From: Pseudomonadota bacterium | GTDB taxonomy: Bacteria > Pseudomonadota > Gammaproteobacteria > Burkholderiales > JBEEJL01 | Reading direction: 5' to 3' | DNA: 64,000 nt | Assembly (NCBI GenBank): GCA_043744215.1 | Contig: JAYTVC010000050.1 | Location: forward strand, 94-64,093 | Shown: positions 7,893 to 16,816 of the stretch, in pieces | Position numbering within the stretch: the first letter of the stretch is position 1 | How the letters are laid out: every line of letters begins with the position of its first letter | The notes under the pieces: model-generated | The model's input: the letters and a program-made list of their open reading frames with translations, nothing else | Database searches by the model: none | What the model was told of the DNA's origin: nothing | Translations under genes and position numbers: made by a program

Positions 7893-10800
7893 GACGTGTC
7901 TCAGGCGGTGCGGGATAGATGTTGCCTAATGTATCGACGTTAAATTTCTCGACCGAAAGCGCCGTTTTCACACCAATGCCTCGAATAAGCCCGTCTTTAC
8001 CAATTTGCATATTGCGATCATGTGCCCAAAGGTTGATAGCCCCAGTTGAGCGGTCACATCCAGCGTAGTAACCCATGTGGGCTTCTTTTTTCAAATTTAC
8101 TTTTACGAGATCATTTGGATATATTGAAAAGTAGAATTGAAAGCTCTGATCTATAAGTGTCCATTCATTTTCGTCCTTCAATGCAACAATGGCTTGATTC
8201 GGCAGTCCTGTTACCCCATGGTGCACATAGACTGGCACAAGAAAAAATTTACCTGTTTTGGCAAACACGTCTACACGTAACATCGAATCATTCTTCGCAA
8301 TCCCCCCGCGCACAGAAATTCCCGACAATTTGTCGATCACCATGGTGACGGTACGAACGATGGGGCCGGTGGGGTTGCCTTCACCATCAGGCTTGCGCAG
8401 AGGGTTATCAGGTGGAAACGCTTTGTCGCTTTTTCCACCATGAGCTTCAAGGCGCGTACGAATTGCCGCGTAAAGTTTTTCATTACGATGCGGATCGATC
8501 AATTGATCAAGGTCTTTCAATGTCAGGCTTGAGAGCCGCACCTTTTGTGTCACGCCGCCTTGCTCCGCCAAACGCGCTGGCTGCCCATAAACCGTATCTT
8601 TATGCGCCGCGCCACCATTACGCCGCTGCGGCGCTCGCGATACGAACAGCGGGCGCAATGCCGTTATGGCCTCTGGCGAATAGGTGGCGAATTCCGCAAC
8701 TGTCGTGCGCAGTATCGCCAGGTCATCAATTTTTAACCGCGCTTTGAGTTCGTCGCGGAAGTGCGGCCATGGGTCGGGAAAGTGCTCGCGTAACTGTTGA
8801 AACATGCTCGGATTTACAATCTCGCCGGTTTCCATATCAACAAAGCCGTCATACACATTTTTTAATTCTTTTCTGCGAGCGTAGTCCGACATGCGTTTGA
8901 CCATACCGTGGCTGCAAGCTGCTACCACCGCGGCATCAAGCGCGTGGTGACGGTCGCTATCGCCGCGCATTTTTACCAAACCCCATCTTGCGCGTAACAT
9001 TGAAGTCAGTTGTCCGCTCACCACCACGCATCGCTTTGATTCGCTTTCATCAGCCAGTTTCAAAAATTGTTCGACATAATTCTTGAAAAAGCGACAGATG
9101 TAGCGCGTGTCGTTCAGATTGCGTTCCCTGAATTCTTCCGCTTCTTTGTTGCCAAAGTCTTTGCGCAACAGCCGGCTGCGTTTTGCCATACGGTAGGCTT
9201 TGGTTGATTCAACAAAGCCGACATATTGCCGCCAGCGCGGACCATTCTCGGCACCATCAAGGCGAAGTAAATATTCGTATGGCGTTTGATTGCCTTTGTT
9301 GCGGTTTTCCTTGGCCAGTACCAGCACTTTATTATTTTTGCTGTCATCAAAGCTGCGTGAGTAGGGCAGGGCGTGATCGATTTCAACATACCCCAATTCA
9401 AGCAAGCGATTGATATCTATGGGTTCAACCGAGTATGCGCACTTACCTTGCTGTTCGCGATAGAGCCGCCATTTTTCAAAGTCTCTGCCTTTCGCCTCGC
9501 CGGAAATATGGAATTGGCTGACGAATTCGGTTTTGTCCTTGTCGTTGCGGTCACGGAATTCTTTTTGTTCTTTTTCGATCGTTCTCCGTTCATCCAAGGG
9601 ACGTGATAAGTCGCGCGCCATTTCGATATGCACGGCGTGAGGTGAGCCGTATTCACGAACAATGGCATTGACCACTTTGCGCGCCTGATTGAGCGCGCGC
9701 AACACGACTGGGTTACGTGGAATGTCCATATCTTTGTTGAACACCATACGACCATCTTTGTCGCGCCCATCGTAGAGCGGCGGTAAATATTTGTGCTCAC
9801 CTTCGCCCACCTTGTGCAGTTGGCTGTGGTGGTAACCGGCTTTTTCGCAGGCTTCGTCGTAGCGAAATCCCGCTTCCATGTGCGGCACGATTTTGCGCAG
9901 CGCCTTGAGCGACAGCGCGTGGAATTTATCAAAGCGAATGTCGAGTAAGGTGTCGATCAATTTTTCTGCGCTGGGCAAATTTAGTTTTTGCAGTTCAGCG
10001 GAGACTTCATCATCTTCCTTGAACACGCTTAACACCCACGCGATCTGGTCGAGCAGTTCAGGCTTGCCTTCCAGTGCGGCGACGGACATTTGCTGCCATT
10101 CCGTTTCAAGGTCTTTCTTTTTGAGGGTTAGACGCAATTCGTGCCAAGCGGGTAATTTCACCAGACTATCTGCTTCTGGTTCTTTGACCTTCTCTTCCGC
10201 TTTTTGCCTTGCGCTGGGGTAATTGAGCCCAGCAAAGCGGAATGCATCGGTCAGGCTAGCCTTAACCAATGCGGTTCGCAGGTGCTTATAGGTAAATTTT
10301 TCGCCTGATTCGTAAGGCAATGGCAAGGCAATTTGCCGTTCGGCTTCGGTTAACGGGCGAGTATTGCCGTCCACCACAATACGCAGATTATTCAGGCGCG
10401 TCAGCCAGACGTGGCGTTCTGCAGTGAAGCTCGCTTTGGGTGCGCGATATTCCGCTTTTTCAAACGTGCATCGTCCCAGCATTTTCAAAAGGTCTTTGCC
10501 AGCCAGCGCAGGTTTTTGCGCCCAGAAAATGCCGCTCTTGCGATCACCTGTTCCCAGGATTTCTGCTTCCAGTATTTCGTTTGCATGGGGGTTTTTGAAT
10601 AGGCGTTGTTTGCTGAATAATTCGGACAATTCCGCTGCGAGAAGTTTGCGGGACAAGGCCTTGCCGTAATCACCGTGCTTGTTGCGTTGCGCATCGGGGA
10701 ATTCCGCCAGTACCATTTCGGCCGCAGTGCGGTAGTCTTTTTCTTGCATGAGCTTTGCTGTGCCTGCTAATCCTTGTTTGACTTTGCCCCCTTCACTTTT

Positions 10801-11235
10801 ACTGTCGCCTTCGGCTTGTCTTTCTTCGGCGCGGCTGACCCAGTGAAAACCACGGTGTTTACAAATGTGATAAATAACGCGAGCCCATTCCTCGGGTTGC
10901 AGCGGACGTGTAAGCGCGTCGACACGCAGCTTCCACAGTGATAGATGAAACGGCTTTTGTGCGGTAAAGAGATGAACGTCGTTTATGACACCATGTCGTT
11001 TGAGCAAGCGCGCCAGTTTGGTGAGGCGCCAGGCGCGGCGGCGCAGGCGGCGCCGCATGAGGCGGGCAGTACGTCGCACGAGGTTGAGCGAGTCACCTTC
11101 CTTGGCGGTTTCCGCTTTGTCGAAAGCGCGTACGCCAAGTGCGATGATTCGTTCCGGAGCCAACACTGCCCAACCCACTGAAGCGATGCCGATGTCGAGG
11201 CCAATAGTCAGCGGTACATTTTTGTTGACAGTCAT
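7879..11235 (-). CDS. cas9: Cas9, type II-C (Neisseria-like)
   Basis: 1118 aa. RuvC-I IGLDIGIASVGWAV (D14), Arg-rich bridge helix RRTARLMRRRLRRRAWRL, HNH YVEIDHALPYSRSFDDSKNNKVLV, RuvC-III DRHHALDAAVVA. Collinear with NmeCas9 as I recall it. No csn2 or cas4 nearby. Confidence 0.97.
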   Translation of the reverse strand: MTVNKNVPLTIGLDIGIASVGWAVLAPERIIALGVRAFDKAETAKEGDSLNLVRRTARLMRRRLRRRAWRLTKLARLLKRHGVINDVHLFTAQKPFHLSLWKLRVDALTRPLQPEEWARVIYHICKHRGFHWVSRAEERQAEGDSKSEGGKVKQGLAGTAKLMQEKDYRTAAEMVLAEFPDAQRNKHGDYGKALSRKLLAAELSELFSKQRLFKNPHANEILEAEILGTGDRKSGIFWAQKPALAGKDLLKMLGRCTFEKAEYRAPKASFTAERHVWLTRLNNLRIVVDGNTRPLTEAERQIALPLPYESGEKFTYKHLRTALVKASLTDAFRFAGLNYPSARQKAEEKVKEPEADSLVKLPAWHELRLTLKKKDLETEWQQMSVAALEGKPELLDQIAWVLSVFKEDDEVSAELQKLNLPSAEKLIDTLLDIRFDKFHALSLKALRKIVPHMEAGFRYDEACEKAGYHHSQLHKVGEGEHKYLPPLYDGRDKDGRMVFNKDMDIPRNPVVLRALNQARKVVNAIVREYGSPHAVHIEMARDLSRPLDERRTIEKEQKEFRDRNDKDKTEFVSQFHISGEAKGRDFEKWRLYREQQGKCAYSVEPIDINRLLELGYVEIDHALPYSRSFDDSKNNKVLVLAKENRNKGNQTPYEYLLRLDGAENGPRWRQYVGFVESTKAYRMAKRSRLLRKDFGNKEAEEFRERNLNDTRYICRFFKNYVEQFLKLADESESKRCVVVSGQLTSMLRARWGLVKMRGDSDRHHALDAAVVAACSHGMVKRMSDYARRKELKNVYDGFVDMETGEIVNPSMFQQLREHFPDPWPHFRDELKARLKIDDLAILRTTVAEFATYSPEAITALRPLFVSRAPQRRNGGAAHKDTVYGQPARLAEQGGVTQKVRLSSLTLKDLDQLIDPHRNEKLYAAIRTRLEAHGGKSDKAFPPDNPLRKPDGEGNPTGPIVRTVTMVIDKLSGISVRGGIAKNDSMLRVDVFAKTGKFFLVPVYVHHGVTGLPNQAIVALKDENEWTLIDQSFQFYFSIYPNDLVKVNLKKEAHMGYYAGCDRSTGAINLWAHDRNMQIGKDGLIRGIGVKTALSVEKFNVDTLGNIYPAPPETRRDLA

Positions 11236-11253
11236 ATTATTCTCCCTGATACT
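11225..11253 (+). promoter_or_regulatory. Putative sigma70 promoter of the tracrRNA
   Basis: TTGACA (11225-11230), 17-nt spacer, GATACT (11248-11253). It lies inside and just upstream of the cas9 start codon on the opposite strand. Confidence 0.5.
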
Positions 11254-11257
11254 TCGT

Positions 11258-11350
11258 TTTGTTGTGGCAGTCCGGGGTGAGAGCCGTTGTTACAATAAAG
11301 AATCGAAAGATTCTGTATCCAAACCCAGTGGAGAAATCCACTGGGTTTTT
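11258..11350 (+). ncRNA. tracrRNA
   Basis: The anti-repeat TTGTGGCAGTCCGGGGTGAGAG-CCGTTGTTACAAT is complementary to the CRISPR repeat with an Nme-like bulge. It is followed by the hairpin AGAATC-GAAA-GATTCT and the terminator AACCCAGTGGA-GAAA-TCCACTGGGTT + TTT. The 5' end is estimated. Confidence 0.85.
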
Positions 11351-11481
11351 CATTTTGGGCGGGCAAAGCAATTCAGGCAAGCAAAGTATCTGCTTATTTT
11401 TATTGTATTTTATTTTGTGTGATTGTGCGAGATGAGTGAAGGATAGGCGGACTTTCGTTGTCACACCATTACGGCAGAAAT

Positions 11482-11510
11482 AAAAAAGCCCGCATCAGCG
11501 GGCTTTTTTT
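11482..11510. terminator. Bidirectional hairpin terminator (right edge of the CRISPR-Cas island, 3' of the desaturase gene)
   Basis: AAAAAA-GCCCGC-ATCA-GCGGGC-TTTTTTT. Confidence 0.7.
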
Positions 11511-11527
11511 GTGATGCGGTTTTGAAT

Positions 11528-12703
11528 TTACGCGTAAGCGCGCAAGCGTTTTGAGAACTGCCCCAACGCTTCGATGCCGCTGGCTTCGGCGCGGTGGCAC
11601 CAGTCTTCCAGTTGTTTCACCAGTTGTTCTTTGTTGAGGTTAGAGCGGCCCCAGAGGGCGGTGAGTTCCTGGCGCATGTTGTAGATGGTGTCGAGCACTT
11701 TGCTGGATTTTAATACTTCGCTTAGTGCAGCGCGGTCTTTTTCTTTCAGGTTGACGGCGTCGCTGTGCATGGAGCGTTGCAGTTTCTTTGCGGCGCGCTC
11801 GTCTTGCACGGCGGCGCTGGGGTGCATCAGGCGCTGGATTTCATCGGCGCAGGTTTGCTTAAGTGTGTGCGCATATTTCGCCAGCACGTCGTAACGGTGG
11901 GTGATGACGGCTTGCAAGGTGTCGGCGTCGCAGGCGGTTTTGCTGTCGTCGAAGCGGATTTTTTTCGCTTCGTTTTTCACTTTGGCGAGGCTGAGCATTT
12001 CGAGGCCGCGGATGTACATCCAGCCGATGTCGAATTCATACCAGCGGTTGGAAAATTTTGCCGAGGTGCCGTAAGCATGGTGGTTGTTGTGCAATTCTTC
12101 GCCGCCGATGAGGATGCCCCATGGCACGACGTTGCGCGATGCGTCGGCTGCTTCGAAGTTGCGATAGCCCCAGTAGTGGCCAATGCCGTTGATCACGCCA
12201 GTGGCCATGACGGGAATCCACGCCATTTGTATCGCCCAGATTGTCGCGCCGATGGGGCCGAACAATGCGAGGTCGATGATGGCCATGATTACCACGCCCC
12301 ACACGCTGCGTTTGGTGTAGATGTGGCGTTCCAGCCAGTCGTCCGGTGTGCCGTGGCCGTATTTTTCCATCGTCTCGGGAATTTTGGATTCGACGCGATA
12401 GAGTTCGGCGCCTTCGAGCAATAATTTTTTGATGCCCCAGATTTGCGGGCTGTGGGGGTCGTCTACCGTTTCCACTTTCGCGTGATGCTTGCGGTGGATG
12501 GCGGCAAATTCTTTGGTGACCATGCCGGTAGTGAGCCACAACCAAAAGCGGAAAAAGTGGCTGGGGATGGCGTGCAATTCGAGAGCGCGATGTGACTGGC
12601 AGCGGTGCAAAAATACGGTGACGGAAACAATGGTGATGTGCGTGAGCACGAGGGTGACTAAAACATAACCCCACCATGGCATATCAATCAGGCCTAATTG
12701 CAT
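11528..12703 (-). CDS. Acyl-CoA/acyl-lipid fatty acid desaturase (membrane di-iron)
   Basis: 391 aa with His boxes HRCQSH, HRKHH, HNNHH, and N-terminal TM helices. Confidence 0.85.
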   Translation of the reverse strand: MQLGLIDMPWWGYVLVTLVLTHITIVSVTVFLHRCQSHRALELHAIPSHFFRFWLWLTTGMVTKEFAAIHRKHHAKVETVDDPHSPQIWGIKKLLLEGAELYRVESKIPETMEKYGHGTPDDWLERHIYTKRSVWGVVIMAIIDLALFGPIGATIWAIQMAWIPVMATGVINGIGHYWGYRNFEAADASRNVVPWGILIGGEELHNNHHAYGTSAKFSNRWYEFDIGWMYIRGLEMLSLAKVKNEAKKIRFDDSKTACDADTLQAVITHRYDVLAKYAHTLKQTCADEIQRLMHPSAAVQDERAAKKLQRSMHSDAVNLKEKDRAALSEVLKSSKVLDTIYNMRQELTALWGRSNLNKEQLVKQLEDWCHRAEASGIEALGQFSKRLRAYA

Positions 12704-12811
12704 GTAATTCCTCCAGAGAAAACGGGTTGTTTAAAACTGCATAACGCTGATTTTACTTGAAGCCGGGTGTCGCGCAAGGAAATAATTGTGTCGATAAAAT
12801 TGAACTAGGTC

Positions 12812-14098
12812 TTAATTGGGCGTGCGCTGCGGATGTTCTGTAACTTGTTGTTTTATAACAATTTCTTTCTGTGGATACGGCGTCACGATATCAAGCGTTT
12901 GAAATTTGTGCCAGATGTCGAGATAAATCGACGACTTTACCGGCTGCAAACCGTTTTGCGGATCAGCCACCCAGAAGGCCAATTCCAGTTCGATACCGTT
13001 GTCGCCAAAATTTTTGATAAAGGTTTCTGCTGGCGGATCTTTCAACACGCGCGGATGTTTTTCTGCGCAGGCTGTCGTGGCTTGCAGCACCTCATCGAGA
13101 TTGCAAGCGTAGCTCACACTCAAAGGCAAACGCACTAAAACTTTTGGATCGGTATACGAATGATTGATGACCGTGTTGGTTACAAATGTTTCGTTGGGAA
13201 TAATCGCTTCGGTGCCGTCGCTGGTTTTTACTACGGTGTAACGCGTATGCAATTGCGTGACCACGCCGACGCGGTTTTCAAGGGTGATGAGATCGCCGAT
13301 GCGCACTGAGCGATCGAGCAAAATGATAAAGCCACTGATGTAATTGCTGGCGATTTTTTGCAAGCCGATTCCGAGGCCGACACCGAGCGCGCCGCTGAAC
13401 ACCGACAACAAAGTGAGGTCGATGCCGACCAGCGGCAACACGATGAGCACGGCAATGACCAGCAATACAGCGCGCGCAATTTTGGTGAACACTACGCGCA
13501 GGCTGAGGTCGAGGCCTTCGGAACGCATCAGCCGGTTTTCTGACAGGCGTGCGAGCCACAAGGCAATCAGTAAAGTGATGACGACGGATACCACCGCGAG
13601 CAAAATTTGCAGCACGGAAATTTCCTGCTTGCCGACTTTGAACGAGAGCTCGCGCAAAAATTCTGTTAGCGGTTCGGCAAGGCCCGTGACATACAGCGCT
13701 ACGCCGATCCACATCGTGTAGGCGATGACGCGCTCCCATGCTTTTAATAATGCGCTGGGCGGAAACACATGACGCAGCACGTAAATAAAAAAACGTATCA
13801 GCGCAAATGACAGCAGCAGCGCGAGCGCGATTTTCATCGTCTGCACCGAGCCTGATTTCGTCATGACATTTTTGCTGATCCACACCAGAGTCAGCGCGAG
13901 CAGCGGAAACAACAGGCGATTTGCGCTGCCCGCGCCGAATTTCCATGTCGGCACAGGCGCTGACAAGCGCGGACGGATGGCGCGCGCCAGCAACCACGCC
14001 ACCGCGAGGCAGGCGGCGATAACGCCGAGCTGCATTTGCACGCGGGCAGTTTTCAGAGAAGTGAAAACGATATCAAAAAATTCGGTAAATTCGTTCAC
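12812..14098 (-). CDS. Mechanosensitive ion channel family protein (MscS-like)
   Basis: 428 aa with multiple TM helices and an MscS core (..GLQKIASNYISGFIILLDRSVRIGDLITL..). Confidence 0.85.
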   Translation of the reverse strand: MNEFTEFFDIVFTSLKTARVQMQLGVIAACLAVAWLLARAIRPRLSAPVPTWKFGAGSANRLLFPLLALTLVWISKNVMTKSGSVQTMKIALALLLSFALIRFFIYVLRHVFPPSALLKAWERVIAYTMWIGVALYVTGLAEPLTEFLRELSFKVGKQEISVLQILLAVVSVVITLLIALWLARLSENRLMRSEGLDLSLRVVFTKIARAVLLVIAVLIVLPLVGIDLTLLSVFSGALGVGLGIGLQKIASNYISGFIILLDRSVRIGDLITLENRVGVVTQLHTRYTVVKTSDGTEAIIPNETFVTNTVINHSYTDPKVLVRLPLSVSYACNLDEVLQATTACAEKHPRVLKDPPAETFIKNFGDNGIELELAFWVADPQNGLQPVKSSIYLDIWHKFQTLDIVTPYPQKEIVIKQQVTEHPQRTPN

Positions 14099-14114
14099 GG
14101 TTGTGTGCCCGCTC

Positions 14115-14696
14115 TCAAGGCAATAACGTGGAGTGGCTCAAATGTTTTTGCCAGTTGGCAAGATAACTTGCGGCCAGCGCGCCGTTGCCGCTGATAAGCA
14201 ATACATTTTCCGCGTTATTGTTTTCTGCCGCCTGGGTAAAATTATAGCTGCCGGTAATCACCACGGGCTTGCTGTCTTTAGCATCAATGATCATGACTTT
14301 ATTGTGGGCAATGGCGTGGTCGCCATCGATATAAATTTTTGCGCCCGCCGCTTTTATGCCGTCGAGTTTGAGTTTGGTGAAGCCGTTGAGGTTGGCGTAT
14401 TCGCCGTCGTCTTCGATCAATTGCACCGCTACGCCGCGCTGCGCTGCTGCGGCCAGCGCCTTGGCGATGGCCGTGTTGGTGAATCCGTAGGCTTGTATCT
14501 TGATGTCTTTTTTTGCCTCGCCGATTGCGCTGACAATGCGCTTGGCGATCTTGTCGCCGGGTGTGAATAGCGATTCGATGGTGCCGCTTTCGGTCGCTGC
14601 ATCGGCCAAGGGCGCGCGGGCGGCCGCTTCATGGGCGCAAGCGCCGAGTAAAAACGGTATGCCCAATACGAGGAAACGCAGCGTTGAACGCATCAT
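14115..14696 (-). CDS. Secreted phospholipase D-family (Nuc-like) endonuclease
   Basis: 193 aa with a signal peptide (..FLLGACAHE) and a single HKD motif HNKVMIID..GSYNFT. Confidence 0.8.
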   Translation of the reverse strand: MMRSTLRFLVLGIPFLLGACAHEAAARAPLADAATESGTIESLFTPGDKIAKRIVSAIGEAKKDIKIQAYGFTNTAIAKALAAAAQRGVAVQLIEDDGEYANLNGFTKLKLDGIKAAGAKIYIDGDHAIAHNKVMIIDAKDSKPVVITGSYNFTQAAENNNAENVLLISGNGALAASYLANWQKHLSHSTLLP

Positions 14697-14724
14697 AAAT
14701 TATTGTTAATAATCAAATAGTTAC
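14697..14724 (-). repeat. 28-bp IHF-core element, copy 2
   Basis: AAATTATTGTTAATAATCAAATAGTTAC. It fills the gap between the rsmB-like stop and the PLD-nuclease ATG. Confidence 0.65.
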
Positions 14725-15983
14725 AAAGATGCACGGCGTTCCAGCACGGCGGCAAAAAAACCGTCGGTGGCATGCATGTGTGGAAATAATTTCAACGTCA
14801 CGCCGGTATCGAGCGCGATTTTTTGTCGCGCCAAAATTTCCGCTACGTTCATTTGTTTGAAGTCGTGGTTCGCTGCCAGAAAATTTGCCACAATCATTTC
14901 GTTTTCTTCGGCCAATAAACTGCACGTTGCATAAACCAAACGGCCGCCGGGTTTTACCAGACGCGCTGCGGCGACAAGTATGGCGAATTGTTTTTGCGTC
15001 AATTCATCAATCGCATCAGGAGACTGGCGCCATTTCAAATCCGGATTACGGCGCAGCGTGCCAAGGCCGCTGCACGGCGCATCAACCAGCACGCGATCCA
15101 TTTTCCCTGCAAGCCGCTTGATGCGCAAATCGTTTTCGTTGTCGATGCGCGCGGGGTGCACATTGCTGAGGCCAGAACGTTTGAGGCGTGGCTTCAGATT
15201 GGTCAAACGTTTTTCCGATACATCAAACGCGTACAGCCGGCCCTGGCTTTGCATCATCGCGCCCAGTGCGAGGGTTTTGCCGCCGGCCCCGGCGCAAAAA
15301 TCCGCCACCATGTCATTGCGTTTGGGTTCCATAATTATGGCCAGCAGCTGGCTGCCTTCATCCTGGATTTCGATCTTGCCATCGAGAAATAATGCATGCT
15401 TGTTCAGCGCCGGTTTGCCTTTGACGCGAATGCCAACGGGCGAGTAGGGCGTTGGCGTTGCCTCGATGCCGCTTTGTTTCAACGCCAACAACACATCGTG
15501 GCGATTGGTGCGCAAAGTATTGACGCGCAGATCCAACGGCGCGGGGTTTTGCAAACTGCGTGCGATGGCGAGCAAGTCGTCATCGCTCATTTGCGCACGC
15601 AGGGATGCCACCATCCAGTCGGGCATGTCGGCTTGCACGGCCAACGGCAAATTATCGGTGGGTTGGCTTTTCAATTCGATGATAAATTTTTCTTCTTCGT
15701 CGCGCAGTAGCGGTGCCAGTTCTTTCATGCCGATGCCTTGGAGTTTTACCAACGCGCCGAGGGCCATTTGGCGTGGCGTGGCATGGGGCATCAGGTGTTC
15801 AAGCAGGCGACGGCGGCGCAATACGGCGTAAGTGGTTTCGGCGATGAAGGCGCGGTCACCCTGGCCCAACTCAGGTTGGTCGCGGAAAAAAAATTTCAGC
15901 GATACATCCGCCGGCGCGCGCAGCGGCAGGATAATGTGAAGGGCATGAGATAAATGGCTGAGTTGCGTGGAGGTGATAGGCAT
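14721..15983 (-). CDS. RsmB/NOP2/Sun-family RNA cytosine-C5 methyltransferase
   Basis: 420 aa. SAM motif DFCAGAGGKT and catalytic DAPCSG..TCS motifs. Confidence 0.85.
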   Translation of the reverse strand: MPITSTQLSHLSHALHIILPLRAPADVSLKFFFRDQPELGQGDRAFIAETTYAVLRRRRLLEHLMPHATPRQMALGALVKLQGIGMKELAPLLRDEEEKFIIELKSQPTDNLPLAVQADMPDWMVASLRAQMSDDDLLAIARSLQNPAPLDLRVNTLRTNRHDVLLALKQSGIEATPTPYSPVGIRVKGKPALNKHALFLDGKIEIQDEGSQLLAIIMEPKRNDMVADFCAGAGGKTLALGAMMQSQGRLYAFDVSEKRLTNLKPRLKRSGLSNVHPARIDNENDLRIKRLAGKMDRVLVDAPCSGLGTLRRNPDLKWRQSPDAIDELTQKQFAILVAAARLVKPGGRLVYATCSLLAEENEMIVANFLAANHDFKQMNVAEILARQKIALDTGVTLKLFPHMHATDGFFAAVLERRASL

Positions 15984-16086
15984 GCGGTCAATCTATAAGG
16001 GGTGAGGGCGGCTAAAAGTGTGCAGCCCTCACTTTACCGCATCTTGCCCTCAGGCCGTGGTTTGATTGAGGGCAGCCATGGTTTTG

Positions 16087-16785
16087 TTATTCCAGCGTGA
16101 AGCCCGTGAGCAGGCGTTCGGTTTTATCGCCACTGGGTTCAATCACGACCACGCGCACGGGCAAATAATTTTTGTCTTTTGCCAGCCACACGTCGGTTTT
16201 GGTTTCGCCCGGTTGCGACACGCGGGCAACATGCACGGTATCGAAAGTGCCGGCCGGCGTATCGATGCTCACGTCTTCCACTTTGCGGAATTCGTATTGC
16301 TCAATCTGTTTGCCATTGGTCATAAAAATTTTTGACGTGCCTTCTTTCAACGGGGCGAACATGAATTGGTAAATGATTGACAACGCATCTTGTGCGCCCG
16401 GTTGCAGATCGGCTTTTTCGTTGCCGCCGTCAAATTTCATGTCGATGCTGTTGGCTTTCCAGTCGAAATTGGCGATGCGCGTTTTCGACGCGTCTTTGCC
16501 GCGATGCTGTTCAAAACGCGACGGGCGCAAACCATCTTTGGTGACCGTGCCGGCGCTAAGAAAACTGATTTTGTCGCGGAACACGGCCTTCAACAAGCCG
16601 CGCGCTTCGGATACGGATTCGAGTTTGTATTGGCTACCGGTTTGTATAAACGATTCCCTGGTTTCGCCGACGGTAAAACCTTTGTACGAAAGTTCGTAGG
16701 TCAGGCGCGCGTCGCCCGGCTGCGCGAACGCAGTGGCGGCAGAAAACAAAATAATGAAACCAACAATACGTTGAATAGTTTTCAT
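16087..16785 (-). CDS. DUF3108-like secreted protein
   Basis: Internal start MKTIQRIVGFIILFSAATAFA (signal peptide). The longer ORF start would overlap purN. Confidence 0.65.
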   Translation of the reverse strand: MKTIQRIVGFIILFSAATAFAQPGDARLTYELSYKGFTVGETRESFIQTGSQYKLESVSEARGLLKAVFRDKISFLSAGTVTKDGLRPSRFEQHRGKDASKTRIANFDWKANSIDMKFDGGNEKADLQPGAQDALSIIYQFMFAPLKEGTSKIFMTNGKQIEQYEFRKVEDVSIDTPAGTFDTVHVARVSQPGETKTDVWLAKDKNYLPVRVVVIEPSGDKTERLLTGFTLE

Positions 16786-16816
16786 AGCATTCCTTTTCAG
16801 CGGACAACCGAAAAAA

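Noticed and set aside
10985-11464. ORFs 10985-11422(+) and 11237-11464(-) across the cas9 start and tracrRNA region
   Set aside because: They are antisense to cas9 or overlap the tracrRNA and its terminator. They have no Shine-Dalgarno sequence or family resemblance. The region is better explained by the ncRNA.
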